Positions 7,633-10,699 of a stretch of 10,699 bases of DNA are shown piece after piece (the stretch's first letter is position 1; every line of letters starts with the position of its first letter). Source of the DNA: Candidatus Bipolaricaulia bacterium (lineage in GTDB: Bacteria; Bipolaricaulota; Bipolaricaulia; JBHIAT01). The stretch lies in contig JBHIAT010000131.1 of assembly GCA_046758705.1 (NCBI GenBank), forward strand, positions 1 to 10,699. Direction: 5' to 3'. The position numbers and the translations under genes were made by a program. The notes under the pieces are model-generated. The model worked only from the letters and a program-made list of their open reading frames with translations. It made no database searches and was not told the DNA's origin.

Positions 7633-8541
7633 CTAGCGACGCTGGAACAGGTAGATCATATACCGCTTGTGCTGAGCAAACAGCTTGCTGTCCAGAAGCC
7701 GTTCCTGGTCACAAAGCATTTTTCTCGCCCAGTTTCTGAAGATGGCACGGGTCATGCGGTAGGGAATGGACAGCAGACTCTGCTCCAGGATCGTATCGAG
7801 CAGCAGCACGGTCGGTTTGAAGTAACGTTTGTAGACGGACAACGCCAAGTCCAGGGACGGGGCCACCCGGTCGGTGATGTCTTCAGCGTGAATGATCTCA
7901 AAACCATGCTCTTCAGCGGCCTTCAGGTAATCTCGTTCCAGATGCCCCCCCCCGCTCAGGACGTCATACTTATCGAGAGGGTGTCTGAGGAAGAAGTCGG
8001 AGACGAGCAGAAAACCGCCGTCGTTGAGGACGGTCCGGCAATTGCGGAAGCCCTCATCTATCTGAATATATTGAGCACTTTCACCCATCAGGACCAGATC
8101 GTAGCGATGCTCAGGCTGAAAATCCTCGAACCGAGCCAGGTGGAATCTCATCGTCCCGTTTGTGTTCGCCTCGAACACCTCACCCAGCTCCGGATCTGGA
8201 GACAGACCCTCGACTTCGAACCCGGCTGCTCGGAGCTTGAGCGCCGTCCCCCCCACCCCGCATCCGACGTCCAAGACCGTCCGCACCCCCTCCGGGATCA
8301 GATCGATCAGCCGTTCCGTGTACCGTTCCTGGGCCCGGTGTGAGTTTTCCAGCGTCAGCTCATCCTCTGGCTCCCAGTATCCTAGATGCAGATGATCGGT
8401 CTGGAAGATCTGGGCGTAGTACCGCAGTGCAGGATCGACACGATAAGCGGTCTTTGAAGAGGTGAAAACCCGGTCTATCGTGGCATATAAACCCTGGGTG
8501 AACCGCTTCCTGACTCCCTTCTTTACGGTCTGCTTGCTCAT
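7633..8541 (-). CDS. Class I SAM-dependent methyltransferase (sterol/tocopherol/RebM-like HxGYW type), about 302 aa
   Basis: DHLHLGYW, AQERYTERLI, motif I VLDVGCGVGG, YDLVLMGESAQY, VLNDGGFLLVSDFF, GFEIIHAEDIT..VAPS. ATG 8541 has SD GAAGGA; the alternative ATG at 8571 overlaps the upstream gene. Confidence 0.88.
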   Translation of the reverse strand: MSKQTVKKGVRKRFTQGLYATIDRVFTSSKTAYRVDPALRYYAQIFQTDHLHLGYWEPEDELTLENSHRAQERYTERLIDLIPEGVRTVLDVGCGVGGTALKLRAAGFEVEGLSPDPELGEVFEANTNGTMRFHLARFEDFQPEHRYDLVLMGESAQYIQIDEGFRNCRTVLNDGGFLLVSDFFLRHPLDKYDVLSGGGHLERDYLKAAEEHGFEIIHAEDITDRVAPSLDLALSVYKRYFKPTVLLLDTILEQSLLSIPYRMTRAIFRNWARKMLCDQERLLDSKLFAQHKRYMIYLFQRR

Positions 8542-8551
8542 GAGTCTTCCT

Positions 8552-9688
8552 TCAGATTGTATCAGAACCATTCAGCACTTTGCCAGGGAGTCGCTCATAG
8601 AGCTGCTCGGTCCTTTCGACCATCTGATCGACACTAAACCGCTGTTGAAACCGGGCCCTTGCCTTCTGACCTAGTCCCCCCCTTAAATCAGGACGTTCGA
8701 TCAGCAGGGAGAGTTTACTCACCAGATCTGTGAGAGAGCTCCTCTGGAACAGGAGACCGCTCTCGCCAACGACCTCTTGGGTTGCGGCTAGATCGCTTGC
8801 CACGATCGGTTTGCCCGCGCTCATTGCCTCTAAGGTGGCTAAGCCGAAGGACTCCGCCTCGGAGGTCGATACGTATATGTCGAGCATTTCAAGATGGTCG
8901 GGAGTATTATCGATGAAACCCGTGAAGATCACCCGCTCTGCCAGACCGAGTCTGCGGGCCAACTGCTCAAGAGCTCCGCGTTCTTTTCCATCTCCGATGA
9001 TGATAACCGAAACGGTGTTCGGAAGCCGCGCTGCCGCCTCTAGCAAAAGCGAGATCCGCTTCTCCTTAGACAGTCTACCGATCGTCCCTAGAACCAGTTC
9101 ACTTTCTGCGATTCCATAGGAAGCCCGGGTTCGCTTCGCTCTGTCCTCGTCTGCCACAATCGCTTCGGTTCCATGGTGAATTACCGTAATCTTCTTCGGT
9201 GCTAATCCCCTGTTGACGAGTTGTTGTTTCACGATCTCAGAGACCGCGATGACCTTCTCGGCGAACAGATTGCCGAACAGGGTTATGAAGTAATACTCAA
9301 GCCTATAGATACGATAACCGTATGTCCCGGCTTCTCCTCCATGAAATTGACTATGACTGGTGAAGATCAGGGGCGCTTTGACTCCGCTCAACTTGGCGAG
9401 CAACAACAATTCAGCGCCGCTATGGATGTGCACAATGTCGGGTCTGCTGTCTTTGTAAACTCTCCTCAGCTTCCTGATAAACTCCGGCGGGCCGTGGAGG
9501 AGCCGCCACCCCATGAGGATCGGGAAGTGAACCATCTCGATATCTAGTCTTTGAAACCGTTTCAGAGATTTCCCCTTTGGAGCCAGCAGAATGATTTCAT
9601 GTCGATTCCGCAGATGCTTGATCAGCTGAAACAGGTGTTCTTCAGTGCCTCCCACCTCGAGGTAGGGGGAGATATAAAGTATCCTCAT
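8552..9688 (-). CDS. Glycosyltransferase family 4 (GT-B), 378 aa
   Basis: MRILYI...GGTEEH, PDIVHIH, VIAVSE, IGRLSKEKR, IIGDGKER, TSEAESFGLATLEAMSAGKPIV (E-x7-E). Confidence 0.93.
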   Translation of the reverse strand: MRILYISPYLEVGGTEEHLFQLIKHLRNRHEIILLAPKGKSLKRFQRLDIEMVHFPILMGWRLLHGPPEFIRKLRRVYKDSRPDIVHIHSGAELLLLAKLSGVKAPLIFTSHSQFHGGEAGTYGYRIYRLEYYFITLFGNLFAEKVIAVSEIVKQQLVNRGLAPKKITVIHHGTEAIVADEDRAKRTRASYGIAESELVLGTIGRLSKEKRISLLLEAAARLPNTVSVIIIGDGKERGALEQLARRLGLAERVIFTGFIDNTPDHLEMLDIYVSTSEAESFGLATLEAMSAGKPIVASDLAATQEVVGESGLLFQRSSLTDLVSKLSLLIERPDLRGGLGQKARARFQQRFSVDQMVERTEQLYERLPGKVLNGSDTI

Positions 9689-9697
9689 GTCGCTCTT

Positions 9698-9726
9698 ACG
9701 ATATCAGGCATAGGGATTCATTGCAA
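9698..9726 (-). promoter_or_regulatory. Candidate sigma70 promoter for the minus-strand operon
   Basis: TTGCAA (9726-9721), 17-nt spacer, TGn-TATCGT (9703-9698), ending 9 nt before the ATG at 9688. Confidence 0.45.
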
Positions 9727-9787
9727 CCGATTCCCCGGATGGATTGTGTTGAATTGGTACCTCCTTCTGAGCGCCTGTTACTCGCTC

Positions 9788-9817
9788 TTGCGTTCCTGGT
9801 GCTTTGAATTATATCCT
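9788..9817 (+). promoter_or_regulatory. Candidate sigma70 promoter for the FkbM gene
   Basis: TTGCGT (9788-9793), 18-nt spacer, TATCCT (9812-9817), followed by SD AAGGAAGG (9823-9830) and ATG 9838. Confidence 0.35.
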
Positions 9818-9837
9818 AAGATAAGGAAGGCCGAGCA

Positions 9838-10699
9838 ATGCCTGCGATTAGACTCCTAATCTACATACTAAGATTCACACGGTTACCCAGATGGTTTCGT
9901 TTTTTGGCGCCAACAAAGATACCTGAGAACACAGTTCTTATGCCTATACTGGGTGGAATCGGTTTTAAGAGAAGCAGACCGGCATATTCCTGGAAGACCT
10001 TCCTCCTGCAACGTTTAGTAAATCTTCGACCAGGCATCTTCGCGGACGTGGGTGTAAATCTAGGTCAGACTCTAATCGATTTACGTTTAGTGCACCCCGA
10101 CAAGGAATACCTCGGATTTGAGCCAAACCCCGAGTGTGTCAACTACGTGAATACCCTGATCCGGATTAATCGCTATAGCACCTGTACTGTAGTTGCCTGT
10201 GGGCTTTCCGACAAGATGGGCGTGGTAACTCTCTATCTACACCGAGGCAAAACAACGGATGATTGCGCTACTATACTCAAGGACCTTAGACCGGGTCGCC
10301 GATTCGACATCAAGTACGTTCCTGTCTTGAAGTTCGACGAAATCAAAGATACTTTTGGCTCGAAACCGATAGGCTTCATCAAGATAGACGTCGAAGGTGC
10401 CGAACTCGAAGTTCTCTCGGGGATGCGGCGAAAGATTATACTTGATAGGCCGCTTATTTTATGCGAAGTTCTGTTTACAGACAAAAAAGCAGATCTAGCA
10501 GACACCAAAGCGCGTAATGAGATGCTTATGAATCTCTTGAGCGAGTGTGACTACACAGCCTGGCAGCTGCTCAAGTCAGGTGATCAGGTTACAAAGGTGA
10601 AGAAAATCGAGACTTTTGAATCGGCCTATTGGACACCTTTTAACGCCAACTTGTGCGACTACCTGTTTATCCCTCAGGAGCATCAACAGGCAGTCTTGC
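9838..10699 (+). CDS. FkbM-family SAM-dependent methyltransferase (3' end runs off the window)
   Basis: Hand translation is open from ATG 9838 to the window end: MPAIRLLIY...FADVGVNLGQT...YLGFEPNP...CGLSD...FIKIDVEGAELEVLSG...RPLILCEV...DYLFIP. SD AAGGAAGG 7 nt upstream. Alternative in-frame ATG at 9940. Confidence 0.92.
   Translation, partial: MPAIRLLIYILRFTRLPRWFRFLAPTKIPENTVLMPILGGIGFKRSRPAYSWKTFLLQRLVNLRPGIFADVGVNLGQTLIDLRLVHPDKEYLGFEPNPECVNYVNTLIRINRYSTCTVVACGLSDKMGVVTLYLHRGKTTDDCATILKDLRPGRRFDIKYVPVLKFDEIKDTFGSKPIGFIKIDVEGAELEVLSGMRRKIILDRPLILCEVLFTDKKADLADTKARNEMLMNLLSECDYTAWQLLKSGDQVTKVKKIETFESAYWTPFNANLCDYLFIPQEHQQAVL

Noticed and set aside
9689..9837. Possible ops/JUMPstart element or structured ncRNA ahead of the operon
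   Set aside because: No GGCGGTAG ops core on either strand, and no convincing long stem, tRNA or riboswitch pattern.
29..9859. Many plus-strand ORFs of 60-241 aa (e.g. 5480-6136, 6093-6761, 7618-8343) and short nested minus-strand ORFs
   Set aside because: They overlap well-supported genes, carry no recognisable motifs, and are expected shadow frames in GC-rich coding DNA.
10233..10508. 91-aa minus-strand ORF
   Set aside because: Antisense to the conserved IKIDVEGAE region of the FkbM gene.
1..10699. CRISPR array, IS element, integron cassette or defence system
   Set aside because: No repeat-spacer array, transposase, integrase, attC-like palindrome or nuclease motifs. Both methyltransferases lack DNA-methyltransferase catalytic motifs such as DPPY/NPPY or PCQ.

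Overview
Bacterial surface-glycan (LPS/EPS/S-layer glycan) biosynthesis and tailoring locus. Nine tightly packed minus-strand genes, in transcription order: GT4 glycosyltransferase, class I SAM methyltransferase, Trm112/YcaR zinc-knuckle protein, two more GT4s, an alkaline-phosphatase-superfamily (NPP-like) protein with altered metal ligands, a CE4 polysaccharide deacetylase, a WbpB/WlbA-WbpD/WlbB-like dehydrogenase-N-acetyltransferase fusion, and an extended SDR NDP-sugar epimerase/dehydratase. A divergent, lower-GC FkbM-family methyltransferase on the + strand (9838 to the window end) is missing from the ORF track and was translated by hand. I saw no RNA genes, CRISPR arrays or mobile elements. 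The individual families are ordinary. The points worth following up are the dense set of tailoring enzymes around a probable 2,3-diacetamido-uronic acid sugar, the Trm112-methyltransferase adjacency, the AlkP protein that appears to lack one metal site, and the divergent control region. Family calls come from motif recognition only; no searches were run.
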